DNA from: Epiperipatus broadwayi
Taxonomy: Eukaryota > Animalia > Onychophora
Direction: 5' to 3'
Assembly: GCA_028023455.1 (NCBI GenBank)
Contig: JAQFVV010000003.1
Location: forward strand, 24,366,001-24,430,000
Length of the DNA: 64,000 bases
In this document: one piece after another, positions 63,713 through 64,000 of the stretch
How positions within the stretch are numbered: the stretch's first letter is position 1
Layout of the letters: each line of letters opens with the position of its first letter
Notes under the pieces: model-generated
What the model was told of the DNA's origin: nothing
Database searches by the model: none
The model's input: only the letters and a program-made list of their open reading frames with translations
Made by a program: the position numbers and the translations under genes

Positions 63713-64000
63713 TATTCTGCATTCTTCTTTCATTAGTAGTATTTAAAAAACAATCTAAAATATTTACAATGGAAGTTCATCTTTGAAAATGCTAGCCCCA
63801 ATATAGTCAAAGTAAAGAACCGGCTAAATTATTATTATACAAGCTTCCATACAATATACAATATCATACTGCATTAAGACATAATCATTTAGTGAAAAAA
63901 TTAAAATGATTATTCATTAACTTAATCAAAAAAAAATTATACTTTAGTTTTATTTTTATCAAACCCAAAATGAATGTGTTTTCAATAATTGTTCTTAAAG

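Overview
Very AT-rich, CpG-poor eukaryotic DNA, most likely from an arthropod-like invertebrate; the taxon cannot be fixed from sequence alone. The only well-supported host gene is the 3' end of a peroxidasin (Pxn/PXDN) on the + strand. Four phase-compatible GT-AG exons (11222-11430, 25953-26197, 27762-27881, 31276-31368) encode the end of the haem-peroxidase domain, an RxRR linker and a complete VWC domain ending in TGA. The rest is intron and intergenic DNA full of mobile-element debris: mariner, Tigger/pogo and hAT derivatives, RTE LINE remnants, a decayed Gypsy provirus, two long solo LTRs and a tRNA-derived SINE. Almost all ORFs in the supplied track are spurious or TE fragments. The most unusual signal is at least five unrelated non-coding repeat families that each carry a minimal type I hammerhead-ribozyme (HHR) or HHR-like motif, four of them with a palindromic helix III. 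The most abundant family (A, ~454-nt monomer) has 10-14 bp target-site duplications, circular permutation, and the same asymmetric inverted-end architecture in five copies. This fits non-autonomous Penelope-like/retrozyme retroelements. A second unusual signal is that both long solo LTRs carry a TATA promoter and an internal GT-AG intron, and one holds a 108-codon spliced frame broken only by TGA codons. All alignments, folds and translations were done by eye; no searches were run.
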